NCBI GenBank assembly: GCA_963785295.1
Contig: CAWAUT010000001.1
Location: forward strand, 462,393-526,392
Reading direction: 5' to 3'
Source of the DNA: an uncultured Gammaproteobacteria bacterium
GTDB lineage: Bacteria > Pseudomonadota > Gammaproteobacteria > DSM-16500
Length of the DNA stretch: 64,000 nucleotides
The notes below the pieces were generated by a model. The model saw nothing but the letters and a program-made list of their open reading frames with translations, was not told where the DNA came from and ran no database searches. Each line of letters starts with the position of its first letter. Within the stretch, counting starts at the first letter, position 1. Position numbers and translations under genes: made by a program. Positions 55,257 to 64,000 of the stretch are shown here, piece by piece.

Positions 55257-56066
55257 TTATTCTATGATATCAATATTCATATCGCCGAATACTTGCGCGA
55301 CTGTTTCTTCCGCAGCATCGGATAGAGAGTATCCGGTTTCGCCGAACCAGCGGCGTATGGCCACCAATTCACGTCCGCGCAAGAAAATATAAAATCCTAA
55401 AAAGATAACATCTGGATCCACACCTTCTTCCATATTTTTCTGGAAAGCATAGCGTTCCGCATAGGGTAAGCGTTTCGCGGATTCGGATTTAGTATATTCA
55501 GATAAAATCTTGAAGGCTTCTTCGGCGGTTTGTGCCTGTTCACAGCGTTCTTGGATTTTTTCGTAATCTTCCAGGCGTTGATGCACGATATTATCCAGTT
55601 CATCGTCATTGAATAATTCGGTGAAGCCATGCGGCAGGCGTTCGCTTAAGCCAAATACTTTATTGATAAAATCAGCTTTCACAATGACGGCCATATCTGT
55701 GTTAATCACGCGATGAAACAATGGCACGGCAAGGCAAGCGCGTTTGAACGATGGCAGGTTTAGATACAATGCATTATCACGAATGCTCAAAGTACCAAGG
55801 CGAATGAGTTTTTGTGGATCTTTCTTGAAAGAATCGAGAGATTCGAAATGCAGCCCTTCACATTCACCACGCCAAAACCAATTCCAGGAGTTAGGTTGTT
55901 TTTGCTCAAGACAGCTTAATTTATTCAGGACTTCTACCAGTTTGTCTTTATGTTTGAGTTCATAAGTCAGGCGGATAGGCTGATAAGCCTCGCCTGTCTC
56001 GACAGTCAAGAATGGTTTCTGTAACCGCTCAAACATGGACATGTTGGGCTCCTGATAAAGATTCAC
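55257..56066 (-). CDS. Hypothetical protein
   Basis: Intact 269-aa ORF with protein-like composition; no motif recognised. Confidence 0.7.
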   Translation of the reverse strand: MNLYQEPNMSMFERLQKPFLTVETGEAYQPIRLTYELKHKDKLVEVLNKLSCLEQKQPNSWNWFWRGECEGLHFESLDSFKKDPQKLIRLGTLSIRDNALYLNLPSFKRACLAVPLFHRVINTDMAVIVKADFINKVFGLSERLPHGFTELFNDDELDNIVHQRLEDYEKIQERCEQAQTAEEAFKILSEYTKSESAKRLPYAERYAFQKNMEEGVDPDVIFLGFYIFLRGRELVAIRRWFGETGYSLSDAAEETVAQVFGDMNIDIIE

Positions 56067-56117
56067 TTATTATATTCAAAATTAGTGGTACTAGCTAACC
56101 TTAGCGACAAGTCTGTA

Positions 56118-56462
56118 TTACATTCTTGGCTTTTGTTGTTGGTCATTTAATGCCTTCTTGATGTCTTTTATTTCGCCGCGTAACACTTTTAAGCGCCGTT
56201 CATTTTCTGCATAGTCATCGCTCAACGTAATGTTTAAGGCGTTAGTTAACTTTTCCGCCAGGCTTTTTTCCATTAATGAGACCCCAAGCATGGCCGCTTT
56301 GGCCATGAGTTGCATCATTTGCTCATTAATTTTCAGGATATTGGTGATTTTTTGATCCATCGCCATTTTTTCATCTTTAATGGCGGCAGATATTTCTTTG
56401 AGGAACCCGAGCAACGCCTCCTGAAATTCAGTGACATCTTTCTCTTTACGAGTATGTGTCAT
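56118..56462 (-). CDS. Coiled-coil hypothetical protein
   Basis: GAGGAG RBS; heptad-like; basic C-terminus QQKPRM. Confidence 0.7.
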   Translation of the reverse strand: MTHTRKEKDVTEFQEALLGFLKEISAAIKDEKMAMDQKITNILKINEQMMQLMAKAAMLGVSLMEKSLAEKLTNALNITLSDDYAENERRLKVLRGEIKDIKKALNDQQQKPRM

Positions 56463-56624
56463 GGAGTCTCCTCATTATATGCTCGTATTTGTAGATGGTT
56501 ATTTGTAAACCTTTATAAAGTTATTATAATCGCTTTTCCTTGGACACGTGCAGCAACTATAGAGTTATTTTGATGTTTTTTACTATATTTGACAGCATTT
56601 TACGCGAGCGTTTGGAGTGTTAAT

Positions 56625-57080
56625 ATGAAAAATCGATTCAATTCAAAGTCTTACCGCAAGCATGCAGGTTTTACTCTGATCGAAGTAATGGTGGTCGTTG
56701 TTATATTGGGTATTTTGGCTGCTATTATTGTGCCCAAAATCATGAGCAGGCCAGAACAGGCTCGCATAGTGAAGGTCAAGCAAGACATATTGTCTATTCA
56801 AAATGCGCTTGATTTATACAAGCTGGATAATGGTTCTTATCCAAGCACTGATCAGGGCTTGCAAGCATTGGTAACAAAACCAACGACTCCGCCTGTACCA
56901 CGTGACTGGAAATCAGATGGCTATCTGCAAGACGTACCAAACGATCCTTGGGGTCAATCATACCAATACATGAATGACAGCGAAAAGCTGCGCATTTTCA
57001 GTTATGGTCCAAAAGGTAAGGATGGTAATAGCGAAATAGGTAACTGGAATGAAAATGGTGATGCAACGGCGGCAAGTTAA
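56625..57080 (+). CDS. gspG: Major pseudopilin GspG
   Basis: GFTLIEVMVVVVILGIL, ALDLYKLDNG.YP, DPWG. Confidence 0.97.
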   Translation: MKNRFNSKSYRKHAGFTLIEVMVVVVILGILAAIIVPKIMSRPEQARIVKVKQDILSIQNALDLYKLDNGSYPSTDQGLQALVTKPTTPPVPRDWKSDGYLQDVPNDPWGQSYQYMNDSEKLRIFSYGPKGKDGNSEIGNWNENGDATAAS

Positions 57081-57570
57081 GGCCGACGGGTATACGCTCA
57101 TCGAAATCCTGGTTGTCTTATTTATTATTAGTATTGTGACAAGTATTGCCTTGTTGAGCATAGGCCGTAACGAGAATAAGCATCTGGAATCGTTTGCTAA
57201 TGACTTGTCACAAATGCTAACGCTGGCAGAAGAACAAGCCATGTTGCAGCCTGCAGTGCTGGGCTTGTCATTGCGAGATAACCAGCTGGCGTTTTATTCT
57301 TATCAACCTGCTGTCGGCGATAAAAAATCTTCGTGGCTTGCGGTTGAAGAAAAATCTTTGGCTAAACGTTCTATTCCAGATGATATACAGGTTGGCGTCG
57401 AAACCGGCGCCGAATCTTCGTCGGCTAACAGTACTGGCCCACAAATTTTTATTTCCACTAATGGTGATATTACGCCATTCAAAATATATGTGGGAAAACA
57501 AGGCGAAAAACCACGCTACATGATAAAGGGCGATGCGGATGGAAACATCACGAATAAAGTATTGTCCTAA
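57061..57570 (+). CDS. gspH: Minor pseudopilin GspH
   Basis: GYTLIEILVV prepilin motif; order after gspG. Confidence 0.9.
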   Translation: MQRRQVKADGYTLIEILVVLFIISIVTSIALLSIGRNENKHLESFANDLSQMLTLAEEQAMLQPAVLGLSLRDNQLAFYSYQPAVGDKKSSWLAVEEKSLAKRSIPDDIQVGVETGAESSSANSTGPQIFISTNGDITPFKIYVGKQGEKPRYMIKGDADGNITNKVLS

Positions 57571-57940
57571 AACAAAAGGTCTGACACTCATCGAGGTGCT
57601 GGTTGCCCTGGCAATTATCAGTATCGCGCTGACAGCAGTCATTAAAGCATCATCACAAAATATTCGCTCGACCAGCTATCTGCAAAATAAAACCATGGCG
57701 ATGTGGGTGGGACAGCAAGTATTAAACGAAGCACGCGTGGGAGTATTGAAATTACCAAGCCCATCGGACAGTTTGAAAGAAACAACTTCCATGCTTGGTC
57801 ATGACTGGTATTGGGACGTGCATCAGGAAGAAACACCCAACAAACATATTTATCTGGCGCAAGTAAAGGTATATGCGCATGAAGATGACGAAGACAATGC
57901 GCTGATCACGCTGGAGACTTATTTGCCTCATGCTGAATAA
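57533..57940 (+). CDS. gspI: Minor pseudopilin GspI
   Basis: GLTLIEVLVALAI, LQNKTMAMWV. Confidence 0.9.
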   Translation: MRMETSRIKYCPKTKGLTLIEVLVALAIISIALTAVIKASSQNIRSTSYLQNKTMAMWVGQQVLNEARVGVLKLPSPSDSLKETTSMLGHDWYWDVHQEETPNKHIYLAQVKVYAHEDDEDNALITLETYLPHAE

Positions 57941-58637
57941 CCATCGCCGCACACATGCTTCTTCGCGTGGTTTTACCTTGCTGGAAATTCTCATCGCACT
58001 TTTTATTTTTTCTATTCTCTCGCTGATGATGGCAAGCGCGCTACGCACTGTCATTAATGCTCACGCAGGTACGGAAAAAAGTGCCGAACGGTTACGTGAT
58101 TTGCAAATGGCTTTGTTAGTCATGTCGCGCGATGTTGACCAGACAGTATTAAGACCGATAACGAATCCAGTTGGAAAAGAAGAAGGGGCTTTCATCGGTA
58201 CACCGCGCGGTTTTACTTTTACGCACGCGGGTTATGCCAATCCTGATGGCACGCTGGCGCGCAGTTCTTTGCAGCGTACAGGCTATAGTTGGGAAGATAA
58301 TACATTGTGGCGTTTGTCATGGGCAGTGCTGGATCAAGCGCCTGATTCGAAGCCACACCAGCGTCGATTGCTGGACGATGTGATAGATGCAAAGTTTGAA
58401 TATCTGGATAAGGATAATCACTTTCGTGAAGGCTGGCCCATCTCTGGTGATGACCAGCCTTTGCCTCGCGCTGTGCGTGTATTTTTAACGTTGAATAAAT
58501 GGGGCAAAATCAGCCAGCTTTATGTTATTCCGGCTCAACCAAGCCTGGCAGCTTCGTTACCGCCCAAGACGCCAGTGCCAGATGATAAAGATAAACAGAA
58601 AAAACCTGCAGATGATGATGGCGGAAAACAAGAATGA
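57930..58637 (+). CDS. gspJ: Minor pseudopilin GspJ
   Basis: GFTLLEILIAL, RSSLQR, LPRAVRV. Confidence 0.92.
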   Translation: MLNNHRRTHASSRGFTLLEILIALFIFSILSLMMASALRTVINAHAGTEKSAERLRDLQMALLVMSRDVDQTVLRPITNPVGKEEGAFIGTPRGFTFTHAGYANPDGTLARSSLQRTGYSWEDNTLWRLSWAVLDQAPDSKPHQRRLLDDVIDAKFEYLDKDNHFREGWPISGDDQPLPRAVRVFLTLNKWGKISQLYVIPAQPSLAASLPPKTPVPDDKDKQKKPADDDGGKQE

Positions 58638-59569
58638 TGAGCAGGAAATCGCAACAAGGTGTTGTCATTATCATGGCGCTTTTTATCGTCGCGCTAGTGG
58701 CGGCATTATCTTATGTGATGATGGCGCGCCTGGATCGCGACACGACTCGCACGCGCTTATTATTGCGTGATACTCAAGCTGAGTTTTACGCACAAGGTTC
58801 GTTACAGTGGGCGATTAATCAATTGCAGGATAATGTTGAGAAACAAAAGCCTGATCAATTAACCGATGTGTTACCGATTAAATCGCCGGTTAATGAGGTG
58901 AATGGATATAAAGTTTCCAGCGTTATTTATGATATTCAATCGCGTTTTAATTTGAATAATCTTACCGATTCTGCCGCGCAACCGGATTTTGTTCGTCTTT
59001 TGCAGGCAGTTGATCCAAGTCTACAGGCAACAAAAGCGCAGGATATTGCTCGCGCAGTGACTGAATGGGTGACACCAGTGTCACAGCAAAATGAATTCAC
59101 TAAATATTATCTGGAACAGCAAGCGCCGCCTTATAGTGCGGGACATCGTCTTATGGCTAGCGCGAGCGAGTTGCAGCTGGTAAAAGGCATGACGCCTGCG
59201 TTGTATCATCTTTTGCAATCATATATCACGGCATTACCTGTGGTGACGCCAGTGAATGTGCAAGATGCGGAGGCGCCAGTGTTAGTATCTTTGAGTCAGG
59301 GAATGACCATGGAAACAGCTGTTTCACTGGTACAATTACGCGCGCAATCGCCTATTACTTCTACGCAGGCATTTCAGGCTATGGATCTGATAAAAAATCA
59401 TCCAGTACCAACGGAAAAAACCACAACTGTTAGCAGTTATTTTCTGCTAGAGACAACGGTAGCGGTAGAGAAGCAGAAACTGGTGCTTTATTCTCTGCTC
59501 GAACGTGCCGTCAGTAGTAATAAATCAGCAATTAAAGTATTGTGGCAGAGCAAAAGCCAGCCGGGATAA
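58634..59569 (+). CDS. gspK: Minor pseudopilin GspK
   Basis: QQGVVIIMALFIV, DIQSRFNLNNL, SELQLVKGM. Confidence 0.92.
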   Translation: MMSRKSQQGVVIIMALFIVALVAALSYVMMARLDRDTTRTRLLLRDTQAEFYAQGSLQWAINQLQDNVEKQKPDQLTDVLPIKSPVNEVNGYKVSSVIYDIQSRFNLNNLTDSAAQPDFVRLLQAVDPSLQATKAQDIARAVTEWVTPVSQQNEFTKYYLEQQAPPYSAGHRLMASASELQLVKGMTPALYHLLQSYITALPVVTPVNVQDAEAPVLVSLSQGMTMETAVSLVQLRAQSPITSTQAFQAMDLIKNHPVPTEKTTTVSSYFLLETTVAVEKQKLVLYSLLERAVSSNKSAIKVLWQSKSQPG

Positions 59570-59574
59570 TATTT

Positions 59575-60786
59575 ATGATCGAAAACAAACTCATTATTTT
59601 TTTACCAGCAAATGATAATCAACAGCTTGCGTGGGCTGTCCCGGATTCAACAGTGTTTGCTGCAGTGAAATCACTAGCAACACACGATATTGCTGCGTTG
59701 ACGCTAGATGCGTCGGGGCGCGATGTGATTGTCATTATTCCAGCGGAAGATGTTCTGCTGACCTCGGTCAATCTACCAAAAATGAGTTCTTCTCGTTTAG
59801 CGCAAGCACTGCCTTTCGCTCTGGAAGAACAATTAGTCGGTGATATTGAAAGCCTGCATTTTGCCTGCGGTACCACACAGGAAGATGGCAACATGCCTGT
59901 CGCCGTGGTGAAAAAAGAAAAAATGCGGCAGTGGTTTGCGCAGCTGCAATCATGGAATATTCGTGTGGATGCATTTATTCCTGCGATGTTAGCCCAACCT
60001 TATGCAATATCCGCGTGGTATGTCACTCTTGGTGAAATAGCGTATGTGCGCACAGGATTATGTCAGGGCTTTGCTTGTGATCCTAACAATCTGGGCGAGT
60101 TTCTTAACATCGCCATGCTGGGGTCAGACACCAGGCCAGATGTAGTACACGTGCATAATTACACTGGCAGCCCGCTTAATGCGGAACTTAAAGAAAAGTT
60201 GCTTATTCAGGAAACCATGTTTTCATCCGAGCGTTTGCTGGCGGATTTAGCGTTGAAAGCTGATGCGTCGGCCTTGAATTTATTGCAAGGCGAATTTGCG
60301 GTGAAAAAATCGCGTTTGCCACAAACGAAAAAAATGACGCAGGCATTAACTTATTTTGCCGCTGCATTAGTATTTTTATTATTTCTGTATCCAACAGTTT
60401 CTTATTTTATTCTTAATCACAAAGTCAGCAGCATAGACGCGCAAATAGCACAAATATACAAACGCAATTTTCCACAATCCGCGAGTCTGGTGGCGCCAAA
60501 AATGCGCATGCAGGAAAAACTGCAGAAGCTGAATTCACAAGCTGGCGATAACCAATTATTTTTATTGCTGGGTTATGTTGGTAAAGCGATGCAGGAATCT
60601 TCATCTGGTATTGCGTTAAAACATATGGAATTTCAAAACAATCAGCTAACGCTGGATTTGACTGCGCAGTCATCCGATGTGTTTAGCGCGTTTACTGATT
60701 TTCTTACTCGGCAGGGTTTGAATGTGAAGCAACAGAATGCCAATCTTGCCGGCACACATGTTAATGCGTCGGTAGTAGTGGGGTAA
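59575..60786 (+). CDS. gspL: Type II secretion protein GspL
   Basis: QALPFALEEQL..LHFA, LNLLQGEF, single TM. Confidence 0.9.
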   Translation: MIENKLIIFLPANDNQQLAWAVPDSTVFAAVKSLATHDIAALTLDASGRDVIVIIPAEDVLLTSVNLPKMSSSRLAQALPFALEEQLVGDIESLHFACGTTQEDGNMPVAVVKKEKMRQWFAQLQSWNIRVDAFIPAMLAQPYAISAWYVTLGEIAYVRTGLCQGFACDPNNLGEFLNIAMLGSDTRPDVVHVHNYTGSPLNAELKEKLLIQETMFSSERLLADLALKADASALNLLQGEFAVKKSRLPQTKKMTQALTYFAAALVFLLFLYPTVSYFILNHKVSSIDAQIAQIYKRNFPQSASLVAPKMRMQEKLQKLNSQAGDNQLFLLLGYVGKAMQESSSGIALKHMEFQNNQLTLDLTAQSSDVFSAFTDFLTRQGLNVKQQNANLAGTHVNASVVVG

Positions 60787-60789
60787 CTT

Positions 60790-61323
60790 ATGAATACAAG
60801 AGAAATGACGCTGAAAATGTCGCAGCACTGGTTGAAGATAAAAGACTGGTGGAATACGCTGGCGCTACGCGAAAAGCAGGCAGTCGCGATAGGTGGCGCA
60901 CTGCTGACCGTGTTTCTGCTTTATGCCGGAATATGGTCGCCTTATGTTGATCATGTCGCCGCGATGCGCGATAAAATCCAGTCGGAAGAAAAATTATTGG
61001 CGTGGATGCAATCTGCGGACAATGATATACGCAGAATTGAAAAACAATCTGGCCAAACAGTGAAATCAGTAACGCCAGTAGTTTTGTTGGGTCTACTGCA
61101 AAGTCAAATAGACAAGGCTGGTCTCGCTGGCAGTCTGACACAGTTAAAACAGTCAGGTAATGCTGCGATTGAAATGCATTTTCAGAAGGTAGCGTTTGAT
61201 AAATTAAGCGGGCTGCTGCTTGCCGTTGTCAGAAAAAATAATGTTGCTGTCACCCAGCTGTCAGCGGTTTCCGATAACACGCCGGGTGAAGTGAATGCGG
61301 ATATTATTTTATCGACTGGTTAG
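60790..61323 (+). CDS. gspM: Type II secretion protein GspM
   Basis: WWNTLALREK, TM, IWSP, VAFDKL; follows gspL. Confidence 0.88.
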   Translation: MNTREMTLKMSQHWLKIKDWWNTLALREKQAVAIGGALLTVFLLYAGIWSPYVDHVAAMRDKIQSEEKLLAWMQSADNDIRRIEKQSGQTVKSVTPVVLLGLLQSQIDKAGLAGSLTQLKQSGNAAIEMHFQKVAFDKLSGLLLAVVRKNNVAVTQLSAVSDNTPGEVNADIILSTG

Positions 61324-61675
61324 CTGAGATAAAACTTAACGCTTTGTTGGCTGGTCCATAATTTTGATCAGCCGAGCGTTTAATCCAGAAATAACCAACG
61401 TCTGTGTCTTGCGCGACGCCATTTCCGTAGTAATACATGTAGCCAACAGCATATTGCGCTTCTGCTGTGCCATCGCAAGCGAGCGGCAATAATTCATGCA
61501 TCGCGGATTTATAATAACCAGTATCAAAATCGCGTTTACCTTGCGCGAGTTCAGAAGCGACGCGCGGTGATTGATACGTTGTGGTGCCAGTTGTTGGATT
61601 AGTAGTGGTAACACAAGCGGTTAACAATAAAGTGAATGATATTGTAAATATAGGAGCAATCAGAAATCTCATCAT
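61304..61675 (-). CDS. Sel1-repeat lipoprotein
   Basis: Lipobox LTA-C; AEAQYAVGYMYYYGNGVAQD..WIKRSADQ. Confidence 0.88.
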   Translation of the reverse strand: MMRFLIAPIFTISFTLLLTACVTTTNPTTGTTTYQSPRVASELAQGKRDFDTGYYKSAMHELLPLACDGTAEAQYAVGYMYYYGNGVAQDTDVGYFWIKRSADQNYGPANKALSFISANQSIK

Positions 61676-62184
61676 GATAAAGCCTCCTCATTTGGTTTCG
61701 GTTTGAATTGTAATGGGTTACGCGGCAAGGGAAGTTTTTCAATGTGACCATCATTTTCCAAAATCACGGCGTCTGCGTTAATAGCATAAATCTTCACGCC
61801 ATATGGCAGGCTGTCGCCGACTTGATAAATTTTTCCCGGCTTACCAGCGATAGAGATATAGGCTTTGGATGTATTACCATCCACTTCATCCTCAACTTTT
61901 ACAATGCCGGTGACGCGTAATTGCAGATTGGTGATAGGCGCTTCGCCCAGACCATTCAGCGCTTCGCCGAATAAATGGTCATTCGGGATGGCGGAAATCA
62001 TTCCCAGACTGGGGTCTGATTTTGCCACAGAAGGAGCGTGACCCTGTTCCTGATGCGCCAGCTGCCAATCGCTATGCCATTGCCACAATGAATAACCCAG
62101 GATAAAGCAAGTGGTCGCGGCAAGGATGGCAAGCCCTCCCAGCATATATTGCCGAGAATGGTTTATATTTAAACTGATCATCAT
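61672..62184 (-). CDS. gspC: Type II secretion protein GspC (HR domain, no PDZ)
   Basis: TM, HLFG, TNLQLRVTGI, KIYQVGDSLP, VILENDGHIEKLPLPR. Confidence 0.8.
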   Translation of the reverse strand: MMISLNINHSRQYMLGGLAILAATTCFILGYSLWQWHSDWQLAHQEQGHAPSVAKSDPSLGMISAIPNDHLFGEALNGLGEAPITNLQLRVTGIVKVEDEVDGNTSKAYISIAGKPGKIYQVGDSLPYGVKIYAINADAVILENDGHIEKLPLPRNPLQFKPKPNEEALS

Positions 62185-62254
62185 ATTTGTTTTCGTTCAT
62201 GAAAAAAATTGTATATTATATCTTTAGTTTATAGCTAATTATGGGGATTCACGC

Positions 62255-62722
62255 GTGAGCCTGATTGATAAGAATCTGTTGGCCGATGAAAAAATAATAT
62301 TTCGTACCGGAAAACATATTATTATCTTTGTCCCGTCAGTTGTGCTGCTAATCTTATCATTGTTTTTTGGTCTTTACTTACATTCAATGCCGTTTTTTGC
62401 AAAAATTGAGTGGATGCCTCCAGTCATTGGATTAGTGTATTTCATTTATGCTTATCTTGAATATGTAACAGCTGAATTTGTCGTTACCAACAAGCGTGTG
62501 GCCATGCGGGAAGGGTTTTTTAACAGGCATGCCAATGAATTGCGTATCGCGACTATTTCCCAGGTCAATGTGAATCAGGGTATTTTCGGGCAAATGCTTG
62601 ATTATGGCGATATCGCGCTGAATGCTTTCGGTGCTTATGACGTTTTTGTCTATGTCGCGCGGGCGTTGGAATTTCAGCGTGCGTTAAACGCACAGCTGGA
62701 TACGGTTACGGATGGTAAATAA
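62255..62722 (+). CDS. Membrane protein with bacterial PH domain
   Basis: Two TMs then EFVVTNKRV..EGFF, VNQGIFGQMLDYGDI. Confidence 0.82.
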   Translation: MSLIDKNLLADEKIIFRTGKHIIIFVPSVVLLILSLFFGLYLHSMPFFAKIEWMPPVIGLVYFIYAYLEYVTAEFVVTNKRVAMREGFFNRHANELRIATISQVNVNQGIFGQMLDYGDIALNAFGAYDVFVYVARALEFQRALNAQLDTVTDGK

Positions 62723-62807
62723 AATCTTTTCATCTTCATCTTTAATTCTTCTTATTGGCCTTATATTACATCCAATACTTATTCTATTAATAAAAGGCTA
62801 GTCACAA

Positions 62808-63878
62808 ATGTTCCAGCTTAAAAACGACCGCTTGCTACGAGCCATTTATAAACAACCCGTCGATGCCACCCCTATCTGGATTATGCGCCAGGCCGGACGT
62901 TATCTGCCTGAATATCGCGCCACCCGGGAACGCGCCGGCAGTTTCATGAAATTATGTAAAACCCCGGAGCTGGCATGTGAAGTGACTATGCAGCCAGTGA
63001 ATCGATTTGATCTCGATGCCTCTATTATATTTTCCGATATTCTTACTATTCCGGATGCGATGGGTTTAGGGCTGGAATTTATTGAAGGCAAAGGCCCGGT
63101 TTTTGCCCGTTCGGTGCGGAGTGAGCAGGAAATCAGCCAGCTGCATGTCCCTGATCGGGAGCAATTGCGCTATGTCTATGATGCGATTAGCCTGGTTCGT
63201 CATGAGTTGGCCGGACGTATCCCCTTAATTGGCTTTTGTGGCAGTCCCTGGACTTTGGCGTCTTATATGGTGCAGGGCGGGTCTTCCGAAGGTTTCCCCC
63301 TGATCCGGAAAATGCAGCAGGAAAATCCATTCCTGTTGCATAAGTTATTGGATGTACTGGCAGAATCTGTTTGTGCCCATCTCAATGCGCAAATTGAAGC
63401 GGGGGCGCAGGCCGTTATGTTGTTTGATACCTGGGGTGGTATACTTGACACGCCCGGCTATGAAGAGTTTTCTTTATATTACATTAAACAGATAACTGCG
63501 GGATTAATGCGCAACTATAATAATATAAAGGTACCTTTAATTTTGTTCACCAAGGGTGGTGGGCAATGGCTAGAGTTGATGGCCGCGACGGGATGTGATG
63601 CGCTAGGCGTCGACTGGGCAATTTCCCTGGAAGATGCGCGCAAACGTGTAGGTGAAAAAGTCGCATTACAGGGTAATTTGAACCCGTCTATCATGCAGCA
63701 AGAGCCAGCACGCGTGATTGAAGAAGCTGCGGCAGTGTTAAAATCTTTTGGCAAAGGCCCGGGACATATTTTTAATCTGGGGCATGGGATTACTCCTGAA
63801 GTTCCCCCAGAAAATGTCAAGGTACTGGTGGACGCGGTACATGAATTAAGCAGGCAATATCATGCTGGAGAAGCATGA
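62808..63878 (+). CDS. hemE: Uroporphyrinogen decarboxylase
   Basis: [39 protein letters not shown]. Confidence 0.98.
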   Translation: MFQLKNDRLLRAIYKQPVDATPIWIMRQAGRYLPEYRATRERAGSFMKLCKTPELACEVTMQPVNRFDLDASIIFSDILTIPDAMGLGLEFIEGKGPVFARSVRSEQEISQLHVPDREQLRYVYDAISLVRHELAGRIPLIGFCGSPWTLASYMVQGGSSEGFPLIRKMQQENPFLLHKLLDVLAESVCAHLNAQIEAGAQAVMLFDTWGGILDTPGYEEFSLYYIKQITAGLMRNYNNIKVPLILFTKGGGQWLELMAATGCDALGVDWAISLEDARKRVGEKVALQGNLNPSIMQQEPARVIEEAAAVLKSFGKGPGHIFNLGHGITPEVPPENVKVLVDAVHELSRQYHAGEA

Positions 63879-63906
63879 AGATTGCTTTATTAGAGCGATG
63901 TGATCC

Positions 63907-64000
63907 ATGCAAAATCGAATAACGAAGAATTTAATTTATCTACTGCTTACATTCGCGAGTTTGTATTCAGTATTCGGTTTTGCTGAGACTGGTTTGAGAC
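63907..64000 (+). CDS. Exported protein, N-terminal fragment (runs off window end)
   Basis: MQNRITKNLIYLLLTFASLYSVFGFA-ETGLR looks like a signal peptide. Confidence 0.45.
   Translation, partial: MQNRITKNLIYLLLTFASLYSVFGFAETGLR

Overview
Chromosomal window from a Gammaproteobacterium. Gene content and eukaryote-like effector candidates point to a Legionellales/Coxiellaceae (Aquicella-like) host-associated organism, which is an inference. The backbone is housekeeping: dnaG-yqeY-rpsU, tsaD, plsY, orn, queG, two aromatic amino acid permeases, terC, nnr-tsaE-amiB-mutL-miaA, rpoZ, gmk, hldE, waaA, udg, malic enzyme, coaD, tolC, pdxA-surA-lptD, amgK-murU, tRNA-Arg(CCG), comM, fre, rpoH, ftsY, rsmD, trpS, a nearly complete type II secretion cluster (gspC-M) and hemE. 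Many essential genes are split by single-base frameshifts, most likely uncorrected long-read indel errors, so several boundaries were reconstructed by eye. Interspersed are candidate effectors (two tandem tyrosine-phosphatase-like proteins, two F-box-like proteins, one with RCC1 repeats, an ankyrin protein and a SET protein), an MNT-HEPN toxin-antitoxin pair with a palindromic operator, and three REP doublets. The best new leads are: (1) an unannotated 29-aa two-Cys peptide gene (30717-30806) with a strong RBS, followed by a hairpin and a stand-alone GRDP/DUF1399-like His-motif protein, a RiPP-like or metal-binding layout downstream of tolC; (2) a Tyr-rich leader ORF (YYYLY) ahead of the tyrosine-type permeases; (3) an RpoZ with a long His/acidic tail; (4) a CCA-less tRNA-Arg lying antisense inside the murU 3' end.
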